Assembly (NCBI GenBank): GCA_965261545.1
Contig: CBDHDF010000006.1
Coordinates: forward strand, 1-64,000
Length of the DNA stretch: 64,000 bases
Direction of reading: 5' to 3'
DNA from: Bdellovibrionales bacterium
GTDB taxonomy: Bacteria > Bdellovibrionota > Bdellovibrionia > Bdellovibrionales > UBA1609
Within the stretch, counting starts at the first letter, position 1, and every line of letters begins with the position of its first letter. A program made the position numbers and the translations under genes. The notes beneath the pieces were generated by a model. It saw nothing but the letters and a program-made list of their open reading frames with translations. It was not told the DNA's origin and searched no databases. Positions 8,491 through 18,043 of the stretch are shown here, one piece after another.

Positions 8491-10323
8491 ATGCCCCCCC
8501 AGTTACCCAAGCAACCCTTCTGGTTTGCTCTTCACTTTATTAAGAATTTTAAGCGGCCTCTACTGGCCATGATGGTTTTGGAGGCCGGGCAAGCCAGCTG
8601 TCAGATTCTACTCCCCAGTGCTATCAAAGATATCATAGATACGATCGACCACATGGGCCAATCCCTTTCTCAAAATCAAGTTTTCACCCATATCAAAGAG
8701 CCCGCGTGGACTTTTGTGGGTCTGAGTGTCGGGATTCTTATTTTCAGTCGTGCCAGCGGTGCGATTTTAATCTACGCCGGCCCCGCTCTAAGGCGGCTGA
8801 CACGATACAACTTATACAGTTATTTACAGCACCACTCCCATCGATTTTTTACATCTAATTTTTCTGGAGCTCTTTCCAACAAAATCAACGAAGTCTCTGT
8901 GGGAATCAACCACGCCCTATGGACCATCATGTTTGATTTCTGGCCCGTACTTATTACATTCTCTATCTCGATGATTTTACTTGCCAAAGCCCAAACTGAA
9001 TTGGCTCTTTACTTGGGATCTTGGCTTTTTGTCTATGTGCTGGCATCCTTTCTGCTCGCCATAAGAGCACGAAAATATGCCAAAAATTTTGCGGCCGCAA
9101 GAAGCACTGTCAGTGGCAAAATTGTGGACTCCGTAACGAATATTATTAACACCCAAATGTTTTCTCGCATGAAATTTGAGAGAAATTATGTGCGCCACCA
9201 CCTGAATTTTGAGGTCAAAAAGGCGAGAGAAGCCTTCTGGTTTATGGAGAAAATGCGATGGTTTCAATTTATAGCAGCTCTCATTCTCCAATTGGGAATG
9301 ATGTACATGGCTATAAATTATTGGGTACAGGGACGAATTACTCTAGGGGAATTTGCCATGGTTACAAGCCTCTCCCTACTCATTATCAATGATGCAAGAG
9401 GTTTAAGCCGCCGATTTCTTGAGTTCTTTGAGTATTTAGGCAATATTTCCGATGGTGTTGGTACAATGATACAAGACCATGAGGTCAAAGATGAGAAAGG
9501 AGCCTCCCCTTTAAAAGTCACCAAGGGAGAAATTGAATATAAAAATGTTCACTTTAAGTATATAGATGGAGTTAAAGTTTTTCAGGGTCTCAATGTCAAA
9601 ATTTGTGGCGGAGAAAAAGTTGGTGTGGTGGGATTTTCAGGGGCGGGAAAATCCACTTTCATTAGCTTGCTCGCTCGCCTCTACGATATTCAAGAAGGCG
9701 GTATTTACATCGATGGACAGCCAATCACCAAAGTTACGAAGGACTCTCTCAGAGACCAAATTTCCATGATCCCCCAAGATCCCATGCTCTTTCACAGAAG
9801 TGTTATGGAAAACATCCGCTATGGAAAGACGTCTGCCACCAATGACGAAGTCTACCAAGCCACCCAATTAGCCTTTGCCCACGACTTTATTCAAGAATTG
9901 CCTCAAGGATACGAATCCCTTGTGGGGGAAAGGGGAGTTAAGTTATCTGGTGGGCAAAGACAACGCGTAGCCATCGCCCGGGCGATTCTCAAAGACGCCC
10001 CCATACTGGTCCTCGATGAGGCCACAGCCAGCCTAGACTCCAAAACTGAAAAGCTAATTCAGGTGGGGCTGGACAACCTCATTCAGGGAAAAACTGTGCT
10101 TGTGGGAGCCCACAGACTCTCCACCATCCACCACATGGATAGAATTCTTGTCTTTCACCAAGGAAAAATCATCGAACAAGGCAGCCATGAGAAACTCCTC
10201 ACCATGGACGGGCATTATGCCATGCTATGGGAAATGCAGGCCGGTGGTTTTTTGCCCCTCGAACCCATGGACAGTATAGAAACTGTCAAAGCCACCAGTA
10301 AAACACTCCCCTGCACCCTCTGA
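8491..10323 (+). CDS. ABC exporter, fused permease/ATPase (MsbA/MdlB-like)
   Basis: TM region, Walker A GFSGAGKST, LSGGQRQ, LVLDEAT, AHRLST; ATG 8491 after GAGGA. Confidence 0.95.
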   Translation: MPPQLPKQPFWFALHFIKNFKRPLLAMMVLEAGQASCQILLPSAIKDIIDTIDHMGQSLSQNQVFTHIKEPAWTFVGLSVGILIFSRASGAILIYAGPALRRLTRYNLYSYLQHHSHRFFTSNFSGALSNKINEVSVGINHALWTIMFDFWPVLITFSISMILLAKAQTELALYLGSWLFVYVLASFLLAIRARKYAKNFAAARSTVSGKIVDSVTNIINTQMFSRMKFERNYVRHHLNFEVKKAREAFWFMEKMRWFQFIAALILQLGMMYMAINYWVQGRITLGEFAMVTSLSLLIINDARGLSRRFLEFFEYLGNISDGVGTMIQDHEVKDEKGASPLKVTKGEIEYKNVHFKYIDGVKVFQGLNVKICGGEKVGVVGFSGAGKSTFISLLARLYDIQEGGIYIDGQPITKVTKDSLRDQISMIPQDPMLFHRSVMENIRYGKTSATNDEVYQATQLAFAHDFIQELPQGYESLVGERGVKLSGGQRQRVAIARAILKDAPILVLDEATASLDSKTEKLIQVGLDNLIQGKTVLVGAHRLSTIHHMDRILVFHQGKIIEQGSHEKLLTMDGHYAMLWEMQAGGFLPLEPMDSIETVKATSKTLPCTL

Positions 10324-10380
10324 CGGATGAAGTCGAACAATGCCTTAGCCTTAATGCCTTAATTCCTTCTCCCTTGACAC

Positions 10381-11124
10381 GTGATGCTAGTATTGTATTT
10401 TAAAGGAATGTTCACTCTCTCCTCTATGCAACCTCTTCTCCACCATCTTCTGTGGAGCATCCCTATCATAACGACCCTTTATCTTATATTTACAACATCT
10501 CTCACGGGCTTTGCAGAAGTCACGTCCAAGGGTGCCACCCAAAGCGCCACTCAACGCGCAAATAAAAACATAACTAAAGGTGTGGTCCAAGGTACGACTC
10601 AAGGTGCTGCTGAAAAGGCAACCAAAGGTAGTCTGACGACGGCCAAAGCTCCAACCACCTCACCCTTAAAGGCTCGCCGCTCTCGACAGCCCCAGAGAAA
10701 TCCAAGCTCACAAACTGTTGCAAAGGCCCTGAATAACCACCTTAAAAAACTTAAGGGTATCTGTGAGAATCACACGGATCCCCAGAAACAGCTCTCCATT
10801 TTTAGCAGCTCCCTAGATCATTTAAAACAGTGGATTCAACATCAAAAAAGTAAAGAGAGTCTCACCCTCAATGATCAATTGATTTTGAACGAAATATACA
10901 ATCGAGCCAAAGAACTGCCCTACAAACAAATCATGGGCGAACATGTTCCCACTCTAAAAAAGGCACTTGTCATCAAAAGTGAATTTGAAAGAATTTATAG
11001 GCATTCCTATAACCTTGAATCTGAAGTGTCTATTTTAAACCCCTGGGCCCAAGAGATACTGCAAACTCTCAATTGTATTGTGATTAACTCTCAAAATGCC
11101 ACAACCACTCATGAGGAAAAATAA
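10381..11124 (+). CDS. Hypothetical secreted protein
   Basis: Signal-like N-terminus, low-complexity TKG/TQG repeats, helical C-terminus; start uncertain. Confidence 0.65.
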   Translation: MMLVLYFKGMFTLSSMQPLLHHLLWSIPIITTLYLIFTTSLTGFAEVTSKGATQSATQRANKNITKGVVQGTTQGAAEKATKGSLTTAKAPTTSPLKARRSRQPQRNPSSQTVAKALNNHLKKLKGICENHTDPQKQLSIFSSSLDHLKQWIQHQKSKESLTLNDQLILNEIYNRAKELPYKQIMGEHVPTLKKALVIKSEFERIYRHSYNLESEVSILNPWAQEILQTLNCIVINSQNATTTHEEK

Positions 11125-11153
11125 GAAATAAAGAATAAGGAACAAAAATTAAA

Positions 11154-12758
11154 ATGATATCATGGATGCCTTTACTTTTCTTAGCCCTTTGGACTCTCAC
11201 CTTTTCCCCTGCCTATGGCGATTTATCACATATTCCCTTTGAAGAGTGCTCTTGGAAGAACAAAAATTACACCCATCAAATCCTGAATAACAACCCTCCC
11301 CACAGCGATGCCTTCTTGGAAGCGAAAGATTGCTCCAACTGCTCCACTCGAAGGGAGAGTCTCCAAGAACCAGCAGAAACCAAATCCTTAAAATCTTTGA
11401 GTTCCATAGTCTCTCAGGCCATACTACCACCAGATTGCTTTTTTGCCAGCTCCCTCAGAGCCACTAAGAAAGGGCCCGGCCAAAGAAAATTTTACTACTG
11501 TGACAGCCCAGAGCACAGAAACCAACTCATCATGTCCCCCATAAAGGATCCCAGTGGAAAAATTCGACATCTCTACCCAAGGCGACCCTGCCTCAATGAA
11601 GACTACACAAAAATGACCCACAAAGCCTTTCATAGCCTTGCCAACTGTTTCAACTTTAGCCCCCAAGACAAGATTTATCTTTTTGCACTTCTCAACCACG
11701 AGTCCTCCTTTATTCTCAACAATCGAAGTCGCACAGGGGCTCGCTGTTATGGACAAATCACCTCTGTCACCGTGGATGAGATTGATAAAAATATCTTTGT
11801 CAGCGGCAACACAAATCCTCCCTGGAAAAGCAAAATTTATTCAGATGTGGTTCGCCGGTGTCCAAATCTTCCCCAGCGTATTCACACCCCCTCATCCATC
11901 AAAGACCAGGGGCAGAAAAACCGTCGATTCTTCGAATTCGAAGAACACAAACAAAATCAAAGAATTATGAACTGCCGCTTGACTCACCACGCTCCAACTT
12001 GCCTTTTCTACACCATGTACAACATGAAGATGAATATGCAATACTTAGACTACATCATCCTGCACTCCGTCACGCAAAATATGCCACAAAATTTAGAGGT
12101 TCCTCAAGAATTCAGTGATCACTTTTCCCTGCCCATCCGCCTCAATGAGGTCCTTGTGGTGAAGAAAACAACCATTAAAAGTGGAAAAAAAGAGGAACAA
12201 AAATGGGTTGTTGGCAGTGATTACCAACTTTATAAGTTATTCTATGATCCAGAAACAGGTCGTAAAAAAAGGAACTATGATCTTGAGGACCTCAAAGTCG
12301 CAAAAATAAATACCTACAAAATGGAAGACGCCAATAAATGGCGTCTTCTCTATCAAGCCTACAACGGAGGAAGCTCTGTCATTAATGACAAACTCCGCAC
12401 TTTTTTAGAGCACAAGAAGCAACAGTTGGCCGTGGGGGATACCTGTAGCAACTCAAAAACAAAAGCCAAAGAAGTATGCAAGAACAAAAACCTTTCTCAA
12501 AGAAGACATGCATTGCAACAAGGGAAAAGCTTGGCCTTTCCCTCCCAAAGATTCAATCAAGAAATGATCTCTGAAGAAACAAGAAGATTCACTGGCCAGA
12601 TCAGAAGGGATATAGAGTATCTCAGTAGTAACTCGTCCTCATCTTCGTCCCAGATCTATAATCATCTCGAAAAATTGCCCAAGAAAGCATCTTCAGAAAA
12701 AGCCAACAGCTTTCTCAAATCTATAAAAAATAAGTGTATCCCCAAAGACTTCATATAG
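11154..12758 (+). CDS. Secreted Cys-rich protein with lytic transglycosylase (SLT)-like domain
   Basis: Signal peptide; NHESSF (catalytic Glu), GARCYGQIT and AYNGG motifs. Confidence 0.7.
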   Translation: MISWMPLLFLALWTLTFSPAYGDLSHIPFEECSWKNKNYTHQILNNNPPHSDAFLEAKDCSNCSTRRESLQEPAETKSLKSLSSIVSQAILPPDCFFASSLRATKKGPGQRKFYYCDSPEHRNQLIMSPIKDPSGKIRHLYPRRPCLNEDYTKMTHKAFHSLANCFNFSPQDKIYLFALLNHESSFILNNRSRTGARCYGQITSVTVDEIDKNIFVSGNTNPPWKSKIYSDVVRRCPNLPQRIHTPSSIKDQGQKNRRFFEFEEHKQNQRIMNCRLTHHAPTCLFYTMYNMKMNMQYLDYIILHSVTQNMPQNLEVPQEFSDHFSLPIRLNEVLVVKKTTIKSGKKEEQKWVVGSDYQLYKLFYDPETGRKKRNYDLEDLKVAKINTYKMEDANKWRLLYQAYNGGSSVINDKLRTFLEHKKQQLAVGDTCSNSKTKAKEVCKNKNLSQRRHALQQGKSLAFPSQRFNQEMISEETRRFTGQIRRDIEYLSSNSSSSSSQIYNHLEKLPKKASSEKANSFLKSIKNKCIPKDFI

Positions 12759-12782
12759 TCATCATTTACCCACTTGAACCAT

Positions 12783-14441
12783 TCAATTCCAGTGCTTCCA
12801 TCCTTCGAGATAGTACTGAAGTATGTGAGGGGCATCCAAAGAACTCGGTGATACCTGCTGATCTTGAGAAGCCACCCTTAGATCCTTGGAGAAGTAAAAT
12901 AGAGATTCCACTTGGTCACCATGGAGAAATCGAGTGGGCACCTGCACAGCCAACTTTTCCACATCCAAAGGTATGTGGGAGGCCATCATAAAGCCCCAGT
13001 CCCCCATGGAGGGTACATAAGCGTGGTAGGGGTGAATCACATTAAATTTTGCAGCCTTAAGAGATTCATGAATACACCAAAAAGCTTTTTTTGCAAAAAA
13101 GGGACTTGTGGACTGCGTCACAAAAACGCCCTGCCGGCTCAAACGCTTTTTCACAAGTTTAAAGAATTCCCGACTGTAAAGACGAGATAAACTGGAGTTT
13201 TTAGGATCTGGCAGATCGGCTAAAATAATATCATAGTATTGAGGTGTATTTTCTAAGTGTTTAAAAGCATCATCGTGAACAATATGAACCTTTGGGTTGT
13301 GGAGACTCCCTTCATTGAGCCGTAGGAGAAGGGGCTGCTCTTTGGCCATTTGAGTCATTTCAGGATCGAGGTCCACAATGGTCACGGACTTAACGCCAGG
13401 GTGCTTTAAGATTTCCCGAGTGAGAAGTCCATCCCCTCCTCCAAGAACCAACACAGAGGATATATGTTTTGTTAAAGAAAGGGGAATATGAGCGAGAGCC
13501 TCGTGGTAACGGTACTCATCAATGGATGAAAACTGTAAATTTCCATCGAGATACAAGCGAAAATCGGTTTTGTTTTTCGTCAATACAATTCTTTGGTAGG
13601 AAGATTGACGAGAAAGGATAACACGATCTTCATAAATGGAGGTTTCCCAAGCGTGGAGCAAGGTTTCAGAAAAAAAGAAGAGAGCCAGAAGCACAGCCAT
13701 GGTGCTCACACTCAAGGTGCGCAAACTCTGAAATCTTCTTAGTCCCAGCTTCTCCCTAAAGCACCAAAGGTTGAAGACCCCCACAACGAGATTCATCACC
13801 CCTGTGACAATGGCACTTTTAAATATACCCAAAAAGGGCAGCAAAATAAATGGAAACAGCAGTGTTGCAATAAGAGCCCCAAAATAATCGAGAGATAGAA
13901 CGTTGGATATATTGGACCTTAAGGAATAGCTGCCCTCCATAATTCGGGTGAGCAAAGGAATTTCCAGGCCAATAAGTGTCCCTATTGAAACAAGCATCAA
14001 CACCATGACAGGATAGTAAAGAGATGTATAGGTGTAAGCAGCAAACAAAAGGGGAACAGACAGCCCCCCAAGCACGCCTATAACCAACTCAATCCAAACA
14101 AACCAACGAATAAGATGGCCTTCCAAATAGCGTGACAACAGGGTGCCCACCCCCATGGCTGTCATGGAAAGCCCAATCGTGATAGAAAATTGGGTCACAC
14201 TGTCGCCCAACAAGTACGAAGAAACACTTCCGATAAGAAGCTCATAGATAATGGTGCAAAGCCCCACAATGAAAACAGTCAGCAACAACACCGTCGACTC
14301 GAAATGATTTATGTGATCCTCGCTCCTGTCGTCACCACTTAATTTATCATCTAAGTTGTTACTGCCCCCCTGGTGAGCACCGCCTTCTAAATTGTCACGA
14401 TCCTTCAAATTATCACAACCATCCAAATTATTTCCCTCCAC
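12783..14441 (-). CDS. speE: Membrane-bound polyamine aminopropyltransferase (spermidine synthase-like)
   Basis: About 7 N-terminal TM helices; LYLDGNLQFSSIDEYRYHE, LVLGGGDG, VDLD, ADLPDP; likely start GTG 14441 overlapping the upstream gene end. Confidence 0.9.
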   Translation of the reverse strand: MEGNNLDGCDNLKDRDNLEGGAHQGGSNNLDDKLSGDDRSEDHINHFESTVLLLTVFIVGLCTIIYELLIGSVSSYLLGDSVTQFSITIGLSMTAMGVGTLLSRYLEGHLIRWFVWIELVIGVLGGLSVPLLFAAYTYTSLYYPVMVLMLVSIGTLIGLEIPLLTRIMEGSYSLRSNISNVLSLDYFGALIATLLFPFILLPFLGIFKSAIVTGVMNLVVGVFNLWCFREKLGLRRFQSLRTLSVSTMAVLLALFFFSETLLHAWETSIYEDRVILSRQSSYQRIVLTKNKTDFRLYLDGNLQFSSIDEYRYHEALAHIPLSLTKHISSVLVLGGGDGLLTREILKHPGVKSVTIVDLDPEMTQMAKEQPLLLRLNEGSLHNPKVHIVHDDAFKHLENTPQYYDIILADLPDPKNSSLSRLYSREFFKLVKKRLSRQGVFVTQSTSPFFAKKAFWCIHESLKAAKFNVIHPYHAYVPSMGDWGFMMASHIPLDVEKLAVQVPTRFLHGDQVESLFYFSKDLRVASQDQQVSPSSLDAPHILQYYLEGWKHWN

Positions 14442-14748
14442 CAAGACCTCCCCCACGATGACTTGGGCCTCCCACACTGCCTGTGCGTACGCTGGGGGAA
14501 TGATATATAGAGGGCCCCCCCCAGTAAAACCAAGACGGTCCGTAGTAACCACGGTAATAACCTGGATACCCCCAACCTCTGAAACTTATAAAAAGAGCCC
14601 CAAAGTAAATCAAGCCAAGCACAAAGAGAATAAGAATCGTCACACTTCCTTTTTCATTACCAACACCAGTCCCATGGCCACCTTTATCGGCACTCAAGCG
14701 ACTCAAATCACCACGGACTTTCTTAGTAGTCATATTCATCAAAAACAT
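14428..14748 (-). CDS. Small membrane protein with Gly/Tyr-rich tail ending GGGK
   Basis: One TM helix, then RGWGYPGYY...SVRTGSVGGPSHRGGGLGGGK; overlaps both neighbours (operon coupling). Confidence 0.75.
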   Translation of the reverse strand: MFLMNMTTKKVRGDLSRLSADKGGHGTGVGNEKGSVTILILFVLGLIYFGALFISFRGWGYPGYYRGYYGPSWFYWGGPSIYHSPSVRTGSVGGPSHRGGGLGGGK

Positions 14749-15301
14749 CCCCCCAAGTTATATGGGTATGAACCCACAACCCTATAGCCACAATAATACT
14801 GATAATTCCCAATAACAAATGAGCCAGGGAACTGCCTCGCTTTGGTGAAACAGTGACACGAATACTCCCTTGAGACGAATCATTAGACTCCGTTTGAAAC
14901 CTCAAATAATAAGCTCCCTTTTGGGGAAAGGTGACCTTAAGATCATAGTGAGTTCTCTCCTCAGACCAAGCCCCATCGACATCATAGCCCGCCTCTTTCC
15001 ATAGCTCCTTACCAAAGCCAAAAAGGTAATTTTTATTTTCATCTAAAACCTCACCACCAATAAAACTCCAAGTTCCATAGGAATTCAGATTTTGCTTCAC
15101 TTGAATTTTGTAAATAGAGGTATCCTTCTCGACCTGTATAGGCCCCACCTCTCCTCCACTGGAGAGAACATTTTCCTCGATGGTGGAACCCCTATTGAGA
15201 TTCATAAAAAGTGAAGTCAAGAAACAAAGAGCCGCAAAACCCAACAAGATGTTCACAATCCTATTGTACGCTTGCTTTTTCTCTGGGTCTGAAACAGCCA
15301 C
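14723..15301 (-). CDS. Hypothetical two-TM membrane protein
   Basis: TM - beta-rich domain (YDVDGAWSE, GAYYLRF) - TM; within the operon. Confidence 0.8.
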   Translation of the reverse strand: MAVSDPEKKQAYNRIVNILLGFAALCFLTSLFMNLNRGSTIEENVLSSGGEVGPIQVEKDTSIYKIQVKQNLNSYGTWSFIGGEVLDENKNYLFGFGKELWKEAGYDVDGAWSEERTHYDLKVTFPQKGAYYLRFQTESNDSSQGSIRVTVSPKRGSSLAHLLLGIISIIVAIGLWVHTHITWGDVFDEYDY

Positions 15302-15318
15302 GGTGTCCTTTTTTTCTT

Positions 15319-16185
15319 TCAGTCAAAACCACTGATAGAGAGGTTCATGGAAAATTGAAGAATCACAGCAAAAGAAACGACCACAGTCATTTCTAAGATT
15401 CCAATGGCAAGATTTTTCTTCTTAGATATGGCATGATTTAAGTCAATGGTGGGAATGAGAATTTTATCGAAAAGAAGCCTTACCATAACAAGAAATATAA
15501 AGCTGATAACAACAGTCACTGCGAAGTGGGACAAATTGTGCTTCCAACTAATGAAGTTACCCACAGAGCCACTAAACAAAATAACTCCAAGAGCTACAAG
15601 CGTGCCTCCAAAAGCCACACCCGCTGCCACATTGTCCTTTTCAATTTCATCATGAATATGAAAGGGAGTCATAAGGTCATAGATAAAAGTGAAAGCAATA
15701 AAAACTACTTGGCTGAGAAAGAAAAATACCAAAGCCGTATGAAGACCTCCTCCCTCACCATGAATAGAGCCCGCAATCACCAACCCTGATGCCACATAGG
15801 ATCCAAACTCCACAACCCCAGCCCCTGCATTCTTATCCTCAATGATTTCTTTGACATTGCAAAACTTTCTCAAAAGAAGCTTATCATTGATAATACGGGC
15901 TACATTGAGCAGGACAATTCCAAGTAGGGCATAACAGAGAAAGCTATAAATATCTTCGAGGAGATGAGAGGAGGGTCCCGCCATAGCCCCCCATAGGATG
16001 ATAACAACGGCGATGAGATACCCTATCAAACTCATGGCCACAGCCACATTTTCCCCAGCCCCAAGCTCCTTGTCCATTTTGTAGGGAGTTAAGTAATCTT
16101 TGATATATTTCGCAGCTGCAAAGAGCACAATACATAGCCCTAGGAAAATAAGTCCTTCCCAAAAATCAGCCTTCAAATGAATCAT
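15319..16185 (-). CDS. DUF350 family inner-membrane protein (duplicated domain)
   Basis: Repeated LTPY/F...E...NVA(V/A) signatures; about 8 TM helices. Confidence 0.85.
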   Translation of the reverse strand: MIHLKADFWEGLIFLGLCIVLFAAAKYIKDYLTPYKMDKELGAGENVAVAMSLIGYLIAVVIILWGAMAGPSSHLLEDIYSFLCYALLGIVLLNVARIINDKLLLRKFCNVKEIIEDKNAGAGVVEFGSYVASGLVIAGSIHGEGGGLHTALVFFFLSQVVFIAFTFIYDLMTPFHIHDEIEKDNVAAGVAFGGTLVALGVILFSGSVGNFISWKHNLSHFAVTVVISFIFLVMVRLLFDKILIPTIDLNHAISKKKNLAIGILEMTVVVSFAVILQFSMNLSISGFD

Positions 16186-16211
16186 AAACTCTCTTCCTTA
16201 ATCGAAACCTC

Positions 16212-16853
16212 TCAATCTCCACGCAAACTATAAACAGTAACCTGGGAAGGTTTTAGGTCCTCACCATAGGTCACATCATAGGAGCCATCGGACCACTTTT
16301 CAACACCTATATACTTTCCACCACGCTCTACCTCAAAGTCCCAATAGTAAAGTTTCTCGGCCTCTTTGTCGTTGCTATGACGATAAAAAACAGCTCGATC
16401 TGAGTCTTCCAGCCAATATTTATGGCCCTCAAACTTAAAACTGCCGTCTTCGTCGTCATCAAAGCGCATAAGATCTTGCTTGGTCAAGTTCAAGTCCCGA
16501 AGCTTAAGCTCGCGCAGGCTGATCACAAGCTCTAGTTGGTCGTCTTCTTCCATGTCAATCCAAACCTTCTCAGAACCCCTATCGCACTCCAACTCATACC
16601 AATTGCACTCTCCTTGCCTGTAGGTATGCTTGGAAATGACCTTGAGATCGAAATCATCCATATTCTCACCCACACCTGTTAAATGAATAACAGCTCCCGG
16701 CCCCACATTTTCAATTCTTAATTCGTCCTGTCCATAAGGTTTAAATGGCTTTTGAGCCTCAGCCCCTTGGGCCTTCTCTTTTTTCTGGTGTCTCCAAACA
16801 TAAAAACCCATACCAGCCACTACTAAAATAAGAACAAAGGCTATCCATACCAT
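16212..16853 (-). CDS. DUF4178-like protein with N-terminal membrane anchor
   Basis: Motifs WYE...VWIDMEEDD, YYWDF, IGVEKW, YGEDL; follows pspA. Confidence 0.7.
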   Translation of the reverse strand: MVWIAFVLILVVAGMGFYVWRHQKKEKAQGAEAQKPFKPYGQDELRIENVGPGAVIHLTGVGENMDDFDLKVISKHTYRQGECNWYELECDRGSEKVWIDMEEDDQLELVISLRELKLRDLNLTKQDLMRFDDDEDGSFKFEGHKYWLEDSDRAVFYRHSNDKEAEKLYYWDFEVERGGKYIGVEKWSDGSYDVTYGEDLKPSQVTVYSLRGD

Positions 16854-16862
16854 ACAAGCTCC

Positions 16863-17576
16863 CTATTGTTTTTCAATACCCATTTTCGTTTTTAGTGCCG
16901 CCAAAGAATCCGCCGCTTGGGGGTGGACCTCTCCCTCAAGAGCCTTGTTGATCTCATTGTCCACACTGGTTTCAACCATAGCCATTTCTCCGTAGGATTC
17001 CGCAAGGGCTTCATCCTCTTGAACTTTTGTTTTCATCTTTTCTAACATGGCAAGGGTGCCGTCGGAGTCCGCTTGGGCCAACTGCTGGTTTAATTTCTTC
17101 GTCGAAGCTGCCACTTTGGCTCGAGCTCTCAAAGTGGTGAGTTCATTTTCCCACTGACCAATTTGCGACTTCAGTTTTTTCACATTGGCCTCAAGTTGAG
17201 CCACCATTTTTTCTTGGTTGACCAGGTCTTTGGAGGCTGTTGTCGCCTGGGTGAAAGCTGTATCCTTTTTAGCTAAAGCTTCACTGGCCAGGCGATCGGC
17301 TTCCTGGGCGTCAAGACCACCACTTTGTCCCTTTCCAAGAAGAAGCATGGCTTTTCTTTCGTAATCTGTGGCCACCTGCTTTTTCTCTGCTTGCTCTCTC
17401 TTGAGGCGAATGGTGAGGGCTTTGACTTGAGCCAGATTTGTCATACTACTTTCAAGATCTTTTTTAAGGTCTCGAATCCCCTGCTCCGTCATTTTAATGG
17501 GGTCTTCCCACTTATCCACCGCCGAATGAGCTTCTGATTGTGCCATTTTAAATAATCTTTGAAAAACGCGTAACAT
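16863..17576 (-). CDS. PspA/IM30 (bacterial ESCRT-III) family protein
   Basis: FQRLFK...EDPIKMTEQGIRDL, long coiled coil, LAALKTKMG C-terminus. Confidence 0.92.
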   Translation of the reverse strand: MLRVFQRLFKMAQSEAHSAVDKWEDPIKMTEQGIRDLKKDLESSMTNLAQVKALTIRLKREQAEKKQVATDYERKAMLLLGKGQSGGLDAQEADRLASEALAKKDTAFTQATTASKDLVNQEKMVAQLEANVKKLKSQIGQWENELTTLRARAKVAASTKKLNQQLAQADSDGTLAMLEKMKTKVQEDEALAESYGEMAMVETSVDNEINKALEGEVHPQAADSLAALKTKMGIEKQ

Positions 17577-17585
17577 ATGTCCCTC

Positions 17586-17984
17586 CTAAGCTCTCGCAAG
17601 CTCGACAATCTCTGTTGAATTTTCAGCCATAGCCACACTCAAGGCATTGATCGAGGCTTCTACTTCGTTGAGGTCAAGATTTTTCAATTGAAGAGTGTCG
17701 CGAAAAAGAACCTTGTTGCCGCTGTCATCGAGAGCAAAGGCGCCATGAATTAAGTTTCGGTTCATTTGCAATAAACGCCTGAGAGTATCCACCGAAGGTG
17801 GACTTGGAAGATTAAAAATAAACTGCTCCAAAATAAGGATGGGGTACTCGCAATCAAGGACCAGGTTCTTAATGCCCTGGCTTTCATTTTCAATGACCAC
17901 CAGTTCCTCACTCACATCCTCTCGAATGGGTAAAAAACCCAATTCAGCTAAATATTCCTTCACTTGATCAAAGTAGCGACTCAT
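17586..17984 (-). CDS. CesT/YbjN-like (type III chaperone fold) protein
   Basis: 132 aa, acidic; LLQMNRNLIHGAFALD...FRDTLQLKNLDLNE. Confidence 0.75.
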   Translation of the reverse strand: MSRYFDQVKEYLAELGFLPIREDVSEELVVIENESQGIKNLVLDCEYPILILEQFIFNLPSPPSVDTLRRLLQMNRNLIHGAFALDDSGNKVLFRDTLQLKNLDLNEVEASINALSVAMAENSTEIVELARA

Positions 17985-18043
17985 CCATCCTCCTCTTCTT
18001 TATATTTCATATTTCTTTATATTTCATATTTCTCTAGATTTCT

